Below are positions 10,915 to 20,871 of a stretch of DNA of 64,000 bases, piece by piece. Source of the DNA: Candidatus Marinacidobacterales bacterium (GTDB lineage: Bacteria; Acidobacteriota; Vicinamibacteria; Marinacidobacterales; DATDRI01); assembly GCA_965226495.1 (NCBI GenBank), contig OZ245365.1:896001-960000 (forward strand). Reading direction: 5' to 3'. The notes under the pieces are model-generated. The model was not told the DNA's origin. It did not search any database and saw nothing but the letters and a program-made list of their open reading frames with translations. The translations under genes and the position numbers were made by a program. The number at the start of each line of letters is the position of its first letter. Position 1 is the first letter of the stretch.

Positions 10915-11366
10915 TGGAGGGACTGCGCGAGCTTTATCAAGAAGTCATCCTGGACCATAGCAAAAAACCCCGCAATTTCCGCGAAATCGAAAACGCCAGG
11001 CATCAGGCCAAGGGGCACAATCCCTTGTGCGGAGACAAGGTCACCGTCTTCATCACCGTGGAAGACGGCAAGATCCAAGACCTCGGTTTTCAAGGAGCAG
11101 GCTGCGCGATCTCGACGGCGTCGGCGTCGCTGATGACCGAGAGTCTGAAAGGGAAGACCCTGGAAGACGCGGAGGCGCTTTTCGGACAGTTTCACGGTCT
11201 GGTGACCGGCAAGCTCGAGCCGGGAGGCGGAACCGAAGGTCTCGGTAAACTTACGGTCTTCGCCGGCGTCCAAGAGTTTCCGATTCGCGTGAAGTGCGCC
11301 ACACTGGCGTGGCATACGTTGCGGGCCGCGTTGGACAAGACCGACGAGGCTGTATCCACAGAGTAG
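10914..11366 (+). CDS. sufU: SUF system NifU-family protein SufU
   Basis: LYQEVILDH, NPLCGD, GCAISTAS, RVKCATLAWH; coupled to sufS by TGATG. Confidence 0.95.
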   Translation: MEGLRELYQEVILDHSKKPRNFREIENARHQAKGHNPLCGDKVTVFITVEDGKIQDLGFQGAGCAISTASASLMTESLKGKTLEDAEALFGQFHGLVTGKLEPGGGTEGLGKLTVFAGVQEFPIRVKCATLAWHTLRAALDKTDEAVSTE

Positions 11367-11380
11367 GGGGAGTAGAAAGA

Positions 11381-11800
11381 ATGACGGAAACGAACGAACC
11401 CAAGGTGACCGGCAGCCCTGACAGTAACGACGGGCCTGACAGTAACGACAGTAACGACAGCGCCGAGAAAAACACCACCAACGAGGCCGGGGTCTCGAAG
11501 GATCTCAAGAGCAAGGTGGTCGAGGTGCTCGAGACGTGTTTCGATCCCGAGATCCCCGTCAATATTTACGAGCTGGGACTCATTTACGACATCGACATCG
11601 ACGACGCGGGCTCGGTCGCGATCCAGATGACCTTGACCTCGCCGGCCTGCCCGGTGGCCGGGTCGCTTCCGCCGGAAGTAGAGAACAAGGTTAAAAATGT
11701 CGAAGGGGTCAGCGCGGCCAAGGTGGAGGTTATCTGGGAGCCTCCCTGGACACCGGAAAAAATGACTGAGGCCGCTCGGTTACAGCTCGGGATGTTCTGA
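11381..11800 (+). CDS. sufT: DUF59/SufT-like Fe-S assembly protein
   Basis: DPEIPVNIYELGLIY, MTLTSPACPVAG, WEPPWTPEKM; N-terminal PDSND repeats at 11417-11461. Confidence 0.85.
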   Translation: MTETNEPKVTGSPDSNDGPDSNDSNDSAEKNTTNEAGVSKDLKSKVVEVLETCFDPEIPVNIYELGLIYDIDIDDAGSVAIQMTLTSPACPVAGSLPPEVENKVKNVEGVSAAKVEVIWEPPWTPEKMTEAARLQLGMF

Positions 11801-11881
11801 ACCCGCCCGACGTTTTCCCGCCCGGCCACCTCGCATCGATTCCATCGCAGTGTTGCCGCTAGAGAATCTCGGTCGAGTTGA

Positions 11882-12421
11882 ATGGTAAACATCAAGAGCG
11901 CACAACAAGCTAGCTGGCCCGAGGAGCTTTTTGCGGTGCTACAGGACATGGCGATTCGCCAGGCGGTATATGTACCGGATGCGGGCCATACGCGCTTGAT
12001 CGAGCTTTGTCATGCCGACGAGCACATCAAAGCCATTCCCCTGACCACAGAAGAGGAAGGCATCGCTTTGCTCGCGGGCGCCTGGCTTGGCGGCGAGCGC
12101 GGCGTATTGCTGACGCAATCGAGTGGCGTCGGTAACTGCATCAACATGCTGGCGATGGTCCAGGAGTGTCGCTTTCCCTTACTCATGCTAGTGACCATGC
12201 GCGGTGAGTGGGGAGAGTTCAATCCATGGCAGGTACCGATGGGACAAGCGGCCCGACGCTTACTTCAGGAGGTCGGCGTAATCGTCCATCATGTGGACGT
12301 GGCCGAGCGGCTGGCTGAGACAGTCGAGGCTGCGGCGCGATTGGCTTTCAACGCCAACCACGCAGTAGCCGTTTTGGTTTCACAACGGATCGTTGGTTTC
12401 AAAAATTGGGAATGTAAGTAG
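11882..12421 (+). CDS. Sulfopyruvate/phosphonopyruvate decarboxylase-like alpha subunit (ComD-like)
   Basis: YVPDAGH, LTTEEEG, QSSGVGNCIN, RGEWGEFNPWQVPMG. Confidence 0.8.
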   Translation: MVNIKSAQQASWPEELFAVLQDMAIRQAVYVPDAGHTRLIELCHADEHIKAIPLTTEEEGIALLAGAWLGGERGVLLTQSSGVGNCINMLAMVQECRFPLLMLVTMRGEWGEFNPWQVPMGQAARRLLQEVGVIVHHVDVAERLAETVEAAARLAFNANHAVAVLVSQRIVGFKNWECK

Positions 12422-12465
12422 CCCATCTTCGTCGATATCCAGCACGATGCCGGACTCTTCCAGCC

Positions 12466-13065
12466 ATGACACGTAGCAAGGAAATTACACTTGACCGCCA
12501 CGAGGTGGTCCCACGGATTCTTGAGGATCGCGGTGATGCCTTACTCATCGCAGGTCTTGGGAGTACGGCATGGGACGCGGCAGCCGCAGGCGACCACCCC
12601 GATAACTTCTACCTGTGGGGCGCAATGGGCGGTGCGGCCATGATCGGCCTTGGGCTTGCGCTGGCGCAACCGAATCGACGCGTGCTCGTGATCACCGGGG
12701 ATGGCGAGTTACTTATGGGGCTCGGCGGGCTCGCGACTATCGCCGTGCAACGGCCGCAAAACCTGTCGGTGGTTGTTATCGACAACGAGCGCTACGGCGA
12801 GACCGGCATGCAGGACTCACACACCCGCTTCGGCGTTGATCTGGCAGGCATCGCTAGCGCTGCAGGTTTCGTGCACAGCGCGACGGTGTACGATCAAGGC
12901 GAGCTTGACGCCCTCGTTCCGACGCTTTACAGCGGCGATGGCCCAACTTTTGCCGCCATCAAGGTCAAAGCCGTATCACCGCCTACGGTGCTGCCGGCAC
13001 GCGATGGTGCGTATCTTAAGAATCGTTTCCGCGAGGCCGTACTTGGCGGGCAAGCGAATGAGTAA
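12466..13065 (+). CDS. Sulfopyruvate/phosphonopyruvate decarboxylase-like beta subunit (ThDP-binding, ComE-like)
   Basis: WGAMGGA and the ThDP motif TGDGELLM...IDNERYGETG. Confidence 0.8.
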   Translation: MTRSKEITLDRHEVVPRILEDRGDALLIAGLGSTAWDAAAAGDHPDNFYLWGAMGGAAMIGLGLALAQPNRRVLVITGDGELLMGLGGLATIAVQRPQNLSVVVIDNERYGETGMQDSHTRFGVDLAGIASAAGFVHSATVYDQGELDALVPTLYSGDGPTFAAIKVKAVSPPTVLPARDGAYLKNRFREAVLGGQANE

Positions 13066-13100
13066 AGGTGGTCGAATCTACAAGTTTCATGGAGGGGTGT

Positions 13101-14600
13101 ATGAACACGGCACGGCAACCGCTTGAAACGTACAAGATGTACATCGACGGGAAGTGGGTGGAGTCTGCTTCCGGCGACTACTTTGAGAGCGAGAACCCGT
13201 ACACGGGTCGTCCGTGGGCGCGAATTCCGAAAGGCAATGCCGAGGATGTCGACCGCGCCGTGCAGGCCGCCCACAAGGCTTTCACAACCGGCAAGTGGCC
13301 GAAGCTGACGGCGACCGAGCGCGGCGCACTGCTGCGCAAGCTTGGCGACGCCCTCGCCGAACATGCGGAGCAGCTTGCGGAGATCGAGGTGCGCGACAAC
13401 GGCAAGCTGATCGCCGAGATGGGTGCGCAGCTCAAATACGCACCCCAGTGGTATTACTACTATGGCGGCCTAGCCGACAAGATCGAGGGGGCGGTTATAC
13501 CCATCGATAAGCCCGGGAATTTCAACTATACGCGCTACGAGCCGCTGGGTGTGATAGGCGCGATCGTTCCGTGGAACTCGCCACTGCTACTCACGACCTG
13601 GAAGCTTGCCCCGGCACTCGCGGCGGGCAACACCGTCGTGATCAAGCCGTCCGAGTACACCTCGGCCTCCACGCTCGAGTTTGTGAAGCTGCTCGAGCAA
13701 GCGGGGTTGCCGCCCGGTGTGGTGAACGTGGTTACGGGTTTCGGTCCGGATGTGGGTACCCCACTGGTTGAGCACCCACTCGTGCGCAAGGTGGCCTTTA
13801 CCGGATCCGACAAGACCGGGCAGCTGATCTATGAAACGGCGGCGCGCGGACTCAAGCGCGTAAGCCTCGAGCTTGGTGGCAAATCTCCCAATATCGTGTT
13901 CGACGACGCCGACATAGACAATGCGGTGAAAGGTGTCATATCGGGGATCTTCGCCGCCACCGGCCAAACCTGCATTGCCGGATCGAGGCTGCTTGTGCAA
14001 CAAAGCATCCACGATGAGTTTGTCGATAAGTTGCTCGGTTTCGCTAAGACTGCGAAGATGGGCGATCCGATGAGCCTCGACACCCAGGTCGGACCGGTCA
14101 CGAACAAGCCGCAGTACCAAAAAGTGCTCGACTACATCGACATCGCCAAAAGCGAGGGAGTGGAAACCTTGCTTGGGGGGGGCAAGGCAACGCGTCCCGA
14201 GTGCGGCGATGGCTGGTTTGTCGAGCCGACGATCTTTACGCACGTAAAAAACTCGATGCGCATCGCCCAGGAAGAAGTGTTCGGTCCGGTCCTTTCTGTC
14301 ATACCATTCAAAGACGAAGACGAAGCAGTCGCGGTCGGTAATGACATCGTCTTCGGTCTCGCCGCTGGAGTGTGGACGCAGAGCATTCGTCGTGCCATCA
14401 CGATGGCGGAACGTTTGCAGGCAGGCACCGTATGGGTGAACACCTACCGCGCGGTGAGTTTCATGTCGCCCTTCGGCGGATACAAGCGCAGCGGGCTCGG
14501 GCGCGAAAACGGCCAGGAAATGATCAAGGAGTACATGCAGATCAAGAGTGTGTGGATCTCTACCTCGACCGAGGTTCCGAATCCGTTTGTTATTCGTTAG
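13101..14600 (+). CDS. NAD(P)-dependent aldehyde dehydrogenase
   Basis: PWNSP, FTGS, LELGGKSP, GQTCIAG, EEVFGP; GGAGG RBS before ATG 13101. Confidence 0.95.
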   Translation: MNTARQPLETYKMYIDGKWVESASGDYFESENPYTGRPWARIPKGNAEDVDRAVQAAHKAFTTGKWPKLTATERGALLRKLGDALAEHAEQLAEIEVRDNGKLIAEMGAQLKYAPQWYYYYGGLADKIEGAVIPIDKPGNFNYTRYEPLGVIGAIVPWNSPLLLTTWKLAPALAAGNTVVIKPSEYTSASTLEFVKLLEQAGLPPGVVNVVTGFGPDVGTPLVEHPLVRKVAFTGSDKTGQLIYETAARGLKRVSLELGGKSPNIVFDDADIDNAVKGVISGIFAATGQTCIAGSRLLVQQSIHDEFVDKLLGFAKTAKMGDPMSLDTQVGPVTNKPQYQKVLDYIDIAKSEGVETLLGGGKATRPECGDGWFVEPTIFTHVKNSMRIAQEEVFGPVLSVIPFKDEDEAVAVGNDIVFGLAAGVWTQSIRRAITMAERLQAGTVWVNTYRAVSFMSPFGGYKRSGLGRENGQEMIKEYMQIKSVWISTSTEVPNPFVIR

Positions 14601-16216
14601 GCTGAAGGTGCTCCGCGAATCGTCTCTAGCATCGAGCGATAGCCCGAAGGGTCGACCCGCGCGTCGATCAGCACGGGTCCTTCCGTCGCCAAGGCCGTGG
14701 CAAACGCCTCTTTGAACTCAGTCTCCGTGACCGCGGCAAAGGCCTCGAATCCGAAACCGCGAGCGAGCGTCGGGAAGTCCGGTCCGCAGTAGCTCATGTC
14801 TCGGTCCCCATAGCCCTTCTGCTCCTGCTTGACTTTGATGAGGGAGAGAGTTCGGTCGTTGAACACGACGATGACGATCGGCAAGCCGAGGCGCTTCACG
14901 GTTTCCAGCTCCGCCGCCACCATCATCAGCCCGCCGTCTCCAGTGAAGCAGATGACGGGCCAGTCGGGACGAGCGAGCTGGGCGGCGATGGCGGCGGGAA
15001 GCGCGAAGCCCATCGTGGCCAACCCGTTGCTAATGAGGAAGCTCTGAGGCGCTCGCGCCGTCCAGAAGTGGGTCAGGGGGAACATGTGGGCCCCGGAATC
15101 GACAACGGCGATACTTGGTTCCGGTGCCATTTCCCTGGACATCTGTACGACGCGGTGGGGTGCCAAACCCTCCGTCGGAACCGCCAGTCTTTCGACCACG
15201 GAGCGCTTGAGCTCGGCCAGCGTCTCTCTTTTCCACTCGGTAAGCACATCGCGGCCGAGTTGTGCCATCAGCTCCTGAAGGATCTGTCCCGGCTGACCGG
15301 TGAGGGCGACATCGGGGCGGTAGTAATGAGCCGAGGACGGCTCGCGGCTGATGTGGATGACGGGGCTCTTGTAGGCCCACCGCTTGGGGATCAACTCCAC
15401 ATGGTCGAGCCCGACGGCCACGATCACGTCGGCGGCCCCGACGACGCCCTGCTCGATGGCGGCTCCCGTGAAGATCCCCGCGTGCAGCGGGTGATCGTCC
15501 GGCACGACGCCTTTCGCCTTGTAGGTCGTGAGGACGGGAGCGCCGAGACGCGTGGCCAGCTCTCGGACATGTCGGGTATCCTCATCATCTCGGCACTCTA
15601 ATCCCACAAGCAGCACGGGTCGTCGGGACGAGCGAATCCTCTCGGCGGCCCGGTTCATCCCGGAAATCTCCGTGAGAGGCTCTGGCCCGGGCTCCCCCAC
15701 GAGAGCCGACACGGCGGCCGGCTCGGACGCTACGTCCGCCGGTAGCTCCAGATGCACCGGCCCCCGGGGGTCGGTCAAGGCGAGCTCAACTGCTTCGGCG
15801 ATCTGAGCATGCGCCGTGGTTGGACGGACGATCGTGCTCGCTTTGGCAGCGGTGCCGAGGAGACCTCGGTGGTCGAGAGCTTGGTGGGTCGTAAAGGCAC
15901 GCGTTTCCTCGGGGTGGCGGTCGGTGAAGACGACCAGGGGCGCCCGGTCCAGCCGCGCGTAGGCGACCCCGTTGACCGCGCTCGCCGCTCCCGGTCCCAG
16001 GGCGACGAGGGCGGCACCGGGTTTTCCTGTGAGCTCTCCGGTGACCGCGGCCATGATACAGGCGGCCGTTTCCTGGTGACACAAGACGAAGGGCAGACCG
16101 CAGCGGCGGGCCGCCTCCAGGAGCTCCAGGCTGGAGCCGCCACCGGGAACTCCGAACAACCGCGCCGCTCCCGCGTTCTTGAGACCGCTAAGCAGTACTT
16201 CCGCTACCGAGGACAC
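14597..16216 (-). CDS. Thiamine diphosphate-dependent enzyme (acetolactate synthase-like fold)
   Basis: FGVPGGG, HQETAA, LGPGAAS, NGLATMGF, GDGG...VFND. Confidence 0.85.
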   Translation of the reverse strand: MSSVAEVLLSGLKNAGAARLFGVPGGGSSLELLEAARRCGLPFVLCHQETAACIMAAVTGELTGKPGAALVALGPGAASAVNGVAYARLDRAPLVVFTDRHPEETRAFTTHQALDHRGLLGTAAKASTIVRPTTAHAQIAEAVELALTDPRGPVHLELPADVASEPAAVSALVGEPGPEPLTEISGMNRAAERIRSSRRPVLLVGLECRDDEDTRHVRELATRLGAPVLTTYKAKGVVPDDHPLHAGIFTGAAIEQGVVGAADVIVAVGLDHVELIPKRWAYKSPVIHISREPSSAHYYRPDVALTGQPGQILQELMAQLGRDVLTEWKRETLAELKRSVVERLAVPTEGLAPHRVVQMSREMAPEPSIAVVDSGAHMFPLTHFWTARAPQSFLISNGLATMGFALPAAIAAQLARPDWPVICFTGDGGLMMVAAELETVKRLGLPIVIVVFNDRTLSLIKVKQEQKGYGDRDMSYCGPDFPTLARGFGFEAFAAVTETEFKEAFATALATEGPVLIDARVDPSGYRSMLETIRGAPSA

Positions 16217-16219
16217 CGT

Positions 16220-16738
16220 CTACCTCGGTGTCGGATCTTGGCGTCCTGTACTCGGAGGCCATGTCTGCGGGACGTGACCACGCTTGTAAATCATCATGGT
16301 CCGCTTGAACTCGATAATCACCTTCCCGTCCTGATTGAGGCCGGTCGTTTTCACCTTGACGATGCCGACGTTGGGTCGTGACTTGGACTCGCGCTTTTCG
16401 AGGACCTCGCTCTGCGAGTAAACGGTGTCTCCTTCGAAGAGAGGATGCGGCAAGCGCACCTCGTCCCAACCCAGGTTCGCCATGGCGTTCTGGGAGGTGT
16501 CCGTCACCGACTGGCCGGTCACTAGAGCCAGCGTAAACGTGGAATCCACCAGCGGCTTTCCTATCTCGGTCTTGCCGGCGTAGGCGTGATCGAAATGTAG
16601 CGGGTTGGTGTTTTGCGTCAATAGGGTAAACCAGATGTTGTCGGCGGCAATGACGGTCCTTCCGAGTGGGTGGCGATAGATGTCACCGACCTCGAAGTCT
16701 TCGTAAACTCGCCCGGTCCACCCTTCTTTGATTGCCAT
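16220..16738 (-). CDS. MaoC-family (R)-enoyl-CoA hydratase/dehydratase
   Basis: GRVYEDFEVGD, TQNTNPLHFD, ANLGWDEVRLPHPLFEGDT. Confidence 0.9.
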   Translation of the reverse strand: MAIKEGWTGRVYEDFEVGDIYRHPLGRTVIAADNIWFTLLTQNTNPLHFDHAYAGKTEIGKPLVDSTFTLALVTGQSVTDTSQNAMANLGWDEVRLPHPLFEGDTVYSQSEVLEKRESKSRPNVGIVKVKTTGLNQDGKVIIEFKRTMMIYKRGHVPQTWPPSTGRQDPTPR

Positions 16739-16803
16739 GGTCTTAACCTCACCTGGTCAACGGGCCACCATTGAGAATAATCTTGTAGAAATTCGCTTCA
16801 GGA

Positions 16804-17982
16804 TTAGATCACTCCCGCCCGTCGGAGCGTTTCGAAAGTGCTCGAATCGAATCCCAGCTCCCGGAGGATGGCCTCGGTGTGCTGGCCCAGGGCCGGAACG
16901 GCTTCCATCAAGGGCTCGACCCCCTCCATGATCACGGGAGGAAGGAGAACCCGCACTGGGCCCGCAGGGGAGTCCACTTCCTGCCAGCGTTCGCGGGCGG
17001 CAAGCTGCGGGTGCTCCAAAAACTCCTGAACGCTTCTCATACGACCATGGGCAATCTGCGCCTGCCCGAGGCGCTCCACAACCTGCCGAGAGCTGAGTTC
17101 CTGAAACGACGACTCGATCAGGGCATGGAGAGCCTCACGATTCCGAACACGCTTCGAGTTGGAGTCGAAGCGGGGGTCCTCCGCCAGCTCGGGACGCTTC
17201 AAGACATGCTTGCAAAAGCGCTTCCACTCCGTCTCGTTCTGGACGGCGAGATACACGACGTCACCCCCACCGCTCGCAAAAGGTCCGTAAGGGGCAATCG
17301 CGGCGTGGCTCGGTCCGGTTCGAGGTGGGGCCGAGCCTCCATAGCCGGTGTAAAGCGCCGGATAGCCCATCCACTCTCCCAGCGCGTCGAGAAGAGAGAC
17401 TTCGATGGCCAGTCCCTCACCGGTTTTGGCCCGACAAAGAAGTGCTGACAGAACCCCCGCGTAGGCATACGTACCGGCCGCGATGTCGGCGACGGAGATC
17501 CCCACCTTGGAAGGAGTCTCCTCGGTTCCGGTGATGGAGATGAGTCCCGTCTCTGCCTGGACGAGCAGATCGTAAGCTTTCTCCTCTCGCAATGGACCCG
17601 ACGAGCCGTAGCCGGAAATCGTGCAGATAATGAGACGGGGGTGCCTTTTTCTCAAGTCCAGCGACCCCAGTCCGAGCCGGTCCACGGCACCCGGCGCCAG
17701 GTTGTGAATGAACACGTCCGCCTTGGCCAGAAGCTGGTCCACGATGGAACGAGCTTCTTCTTGTTTGAGGTCGAGGGTGAGGGATTCCTTCGACCGGTTG
17801 AGCCAGACGAAATGACTGGACAAGCCCTTGACGGTCGTGTCGTAGGAGCGAGCGAAGTCGCCGATCTTCGGGCGCTCGATCTTGATCACCCGCGCGCCGA
17901 GATCGGCGAGCTGGCGACTGGCAAAGGGGCCCGCCACGGCTTGCTCGACGGCGACGACGGTGATCCCGTCCAGTGGAAGCAT
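16804..17982 (-). CDS. CaiB/BaiF class III CoA-transferase
   Basis: PLDGITVV..EQAVAGP, LADLGARVIKIERP, NRSKESLTLDLK, AYDLLVQAE. Confidence 0.93.
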   Translation of the reverse strand: MLPLDGITVVAVEQAVAGPFASRQLADLGARVIKIERPKIGDFARSYDTTVKGLSSHFVWLNRSKESLTLDLKQEEARSIVDQLLAKADVFIHNLAPGAVDRLGLGSLDLRKRHPRLIICTISGYGSSGPLREEKAYDLLVQAETGLISITGTEETPSKVGISVADIAAGTYAYAGVLSALLCRAKTGEGLAIEVSLLDALGEWMGYPALYTGYGGSAPPRTGPSHAAIAPYGPFASGGGDVVYLAVQNETEWKRFCKHVLKRPELAEDPRFDSNSKRVRNREALHALIESSFQELSSRQVVERLGQAQIAHGRMRSVQEFLEHPQLAARERWQEVDSPAGPVRVLLPPVIMEGVEPLMEAVPALGQHTEAILRELGFDSSTFETLRRAGVI

Positions 17983-19145
17983 TAATAAGACCGGGGGAGT
18001 CCCAGCGTGTGCTCGGCCACATACGCCAGAATGAGGTTCGTCGAGATCGGAGCGACCTGATAGAGCCTCGTCTCTCGAAACTTGCGCTCGATGTCGTACT
18101 CTTCGGCGAAGCCGAAGCCGCCGTGGGTCTGAACGGCGACGTTGGCCGCCTCCCAGGAGGCGTCTGCCGCCAAGAGCTTGGCCATGTTGGCTTCAGCCCC
18201 ACAGGGCTTGCCGCGATCGAAAAGCGCCGCAGACTCGAAACGCATGAGGTCCGCAGCTTCTACATTAATATGGGCGCGCGCAATGGGGAACTGAACGCCT
18301 TGGTTCTGGCCGATGGGCCGGCCGAAGACCACGCGTTCTTTGGCATAACGGCAGGACCGATCGAGGAACCAGCGCCCGTCACCGATGCACTCGGCAGCGA
18401 TGAGAATCCGCTCGGCGTTCAAGCCGTCGAGAAGGTAGCGAAAACCCTTGCCCTCGGCGCCGATCAAGTTCTCGACCGGAACTTCGAGCTCCTCGATGAA
18501 GAGCTCCGTTGAATGATGGTTCATCATGGTGCGAATAGGCCGAATGGTGATGCCGTTGCCGACCGCCTGGCGCAGGTCAACCAACAAGATGGACAGTCCA
18601 TCGGTTCGTTTCTCAACTTGCTCAGCCGGCGTGGTGCGAGCCAGGAGGAGAAGCAAGTCCGAATGTTCGGCCCGCGAGATGAACACCTTTTGGCCGTTGA
18701 CCACATACTTGTCACCCTTCCGCACCGCCGTCGTCTTGAGCTGGGTCGTATCCGAGCCGGTCGTGGGCTCGGTCACGCCGAAGGCTTGCAAGCGTACCTC
18801 GCCGCGGGCAACGGCCGGCAGGTACTGTTTCTTCTGGCGATCCGATCCGTGTCGAAGCAGCGTCCCCATGATGTACATTTGTGCGTGGCAAACGGCGGCA
18901 TTACCCTCGGAGTGGTTGATCTCCTCCAGGATCAGGCTCGCTTCCAGGACGCCCAATCCGATGCCGCCGTGTTCTTCGGGGATGAGTGCTGCCAGCCAGC
19001 CTCCTTCGGTGAGGGCTTCGACGAAGGCCGCCGGGTACCCCCCCCGACGATCCAAATCGCGCCAATACTCTCCCGGGAAGCCGCTGCAGATCTCGCGGAC
19101 GCCCTTTCTTATCTGTTCTTGCTCAGGGGTATGCTGAAACGGCAT
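17982..19145 (-). CDS. Acyl-CoA dehydrogenase
   Basis: FGVTEPTTGSD, NGQKVFIS, FGRPIGQNQGVQF, QTHGGFGF; start placed at ATG 19145. Confidence 0.93.
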   Translation of the reverse strand: MPFQHTPEQEQIRKGVREICSGFPGEYWRDLDRRGGYPAAFVEALTEGGWLAALIPEEHGGIGLGVLEASLILEEINHSEGNAAVCHAQMYIMGTLLRHGSDRQKKQYLPAVARGEVRLQAFGVTEPTTGSDTTQLKTTAVRKGDKYVVNGQKVFISRAEHSDLLLLLARTTPAEQVEKRTDGLSILLVDLRQAVGNGITIRPIRTMMNHHSTELFIEELEVPVENLIGAEGKGFRYLLDGLNAERILIAAECIGDGRWFLDRSCRYAKERVVFGRPIGQNQGVQFPIARAHINVEAADLMRFESAALFDRGKPCGAEANMAKLLAADASWEAANVAVQTHGGFGFAEEYDIERKFRETRLYQVAPISTNLILAYVAEHTLGLPRSY

Positions 19146-19166
19146 TGAGCTCTCGCGATTCCCATG

Positions 19167-19260
19167 TTCTCGAAGCGGAACACCCTGCGATTCTATACCA
19201 GGCACCACCTCTGGGAACATCACACGGGTGCGGAGATCTCGCGCTCTTCGTCAATCTGGA
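19167..19260 (-). promoter_or_regulatory. Duplicated ~95-bp non-coding element, copy 1 (upstream of the acyl-CoA dehydrogenase operon)
   Basis: Aligns by eye with 39527-39622; contains a minus-strand extended -10-like TGgTATAGA. Confidence 0.6.
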
Positions 19261-19308
19261 CGGAGAGCGGGGGTTCTTCGCCGCCCCCTATAAGGCGGCG
19301 GATAGGCC

Positions 19309-20616
19309 TGTCCCTCGTCAATACTCGTCAGCCTGTGCAATCAAGGTCTTACCACCCGCTTGAGTTCCGGGCCGAAGAAAGCGAAACTCCGCCGCCATGC
19401 TCCGTGTACTCATTTTCTTCGTCTCTCTCGGCGCCCGTGCGTTGCGGGCGATGTGTCGGCGGCGGGCCGACCTGGTGATGGAAAACCTCGCTCTGAGGCA
19501 GCAGTGACGGCGTTCAAGAAAGAGCGACCCCGGCCACCCCTCGACGACACGGACCGCGCATTCTGGGTTGCGCTCCGAAGCTCGTGGCCGGCGTGGGCGA
19601 GCCGCTTGGTCATCGTCAACGCAGACACAGTCAAGCAGTGGAATCGGGAACGATTCCGACGATACTGGACTCGGATCTCACGCAGACGCTATCCAGGCCG
19701 ACCTCGGATTGACGCCGAGATTCGCCGACTCGTCCGCACGATGTCGCAAGACGGCTGGGGCGCACCTCGTATCCACGCCGAGCTCATGAAGCTCGGCTTC
19801 ATCATCTCGGAGAAGACGGTGTCGCGATACATGCCGCGGCTCCCAGCGGAGCCCAATCAGGTCAAGCGTTGGGTAGTGTTCTTGCGGAACCACAAGGACG
19901 ACATTGCCGCCATGGATCTGTTCACCGCGCCGACCGCGTCGCTTCGGCTGCTGTACGGCTTCTTCGTCATCGAGCACGGCCGCCGCCATATCTTGCACTT
20001 CAACGCCACATTCCATCCGACCTCGGCCTGGGTGATGCAGCAACTGCGTGAGGCATTTCCGTACGACACCGCGCCGCGATACCTCATCTTGGACCGCGAC
20101 TCCATATTCAGCCCCGCGGTGGTCGGGTTCATAAGGGCCATGGGCACAAAGCCTGTTCGCATTTCGTATCGGAGCCCTTGGCAAAATGGCACCGCTGAGC
20201 GCTGGATCGGAAACTGCCGGGGCGAGCTCCTTGAACATGTCGTAGTCCTCGGCGAGCGCCATCTCGTGCGGCTCATGCGCTTGTATCTCAGTTACTACCA
20301 TGAAGATCGTTGTCACTTGGGGCTCGAAAACGACACGCCGAACGAGAGACGAATCACGCCGCGACCGTCACCCACGGCGAAAGTTGTCGCACTGCCGCGC
20401 GTCGGTGGACTGCACCACCGCTACGAGTGGAGCGAGGCTGCGTAGCAACGTTTTCGGCCGCATCCGGGGCCCCGAGTCTTGACATCCCCGGCCCTCCTGA
20501 ATCCGCGCTCCCGCTTCAACCCGGCGCCATCTCTCACGCGTTTGAACCCCGTTTCATCGTCCCTTCTCGCTTCGAACGGCTGTTCGTCCCAACCGGATCT
20601 ATAATGACGAGGCACA
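19309..20616 (+). mobile_element. 1308-bp integrase-core (DDE) insertion sequence, IS481/IS3-like, copy 1
   Basis: Left end TGTCCCTCGTCAATA, right end TAATGACGAGGCACA (imperfect inverted repeats). DDE motifs AMDLF, ILDRDS, QNGTAERW. Confidence 0.85.
19397..20445 (+). pseudogene. Integrase-core transposase with a 1-bp frameshift
   Basis: ATG 19397 gives MLRVLIFF...ENLALRQQ then TGA at 19505; the protein continues in the -1 frame (VTAFKKERPRP...). Copy 3 reads CAGCAGGTG at this site. Confidence 0.75.
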
Positions 20617-20736
20617 GCCCTTCAACGCCGATGGGCCCATCTCATCCGACGGGTGTTTGAAGTCGACCCCCTCGTTTGCACCCAATGCGCGGGACAACTC
20701 CGCGTCGTGGCCTTCATCACCGAGCCGCGAGTCATC
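20617..20736 (+). pseudogene. IS91-family transposase C-terminal remnant
   Basis: RWAHLIRRVFEVDPLVCTQCAGQLRVVAFITEPRVI begins exactly at the right end of IS copy 1. Confidence 0.7.
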
Positions 20737-20871
20737 TTCCCCATTACCTCGAATGTGCTATTTTCCGGACCCACCGACAGCCGAAGCAATCTCACGAACA
20801 CGAACTCACTAGTCTTGGCTCGCGCGGCCACAGTCAAATTTCCTATGATTTAACGCCATGCGGGTCCCCGG

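Noticed and set aside
19360-20445. 361-aa ORF as an intact transposase
   Set aside because: Its N-terminus is out-of-frame sequence; the family-like N-terminus starts at ATG 19397 and is frameshifted. No convincing programmed-frameshift signal is present.
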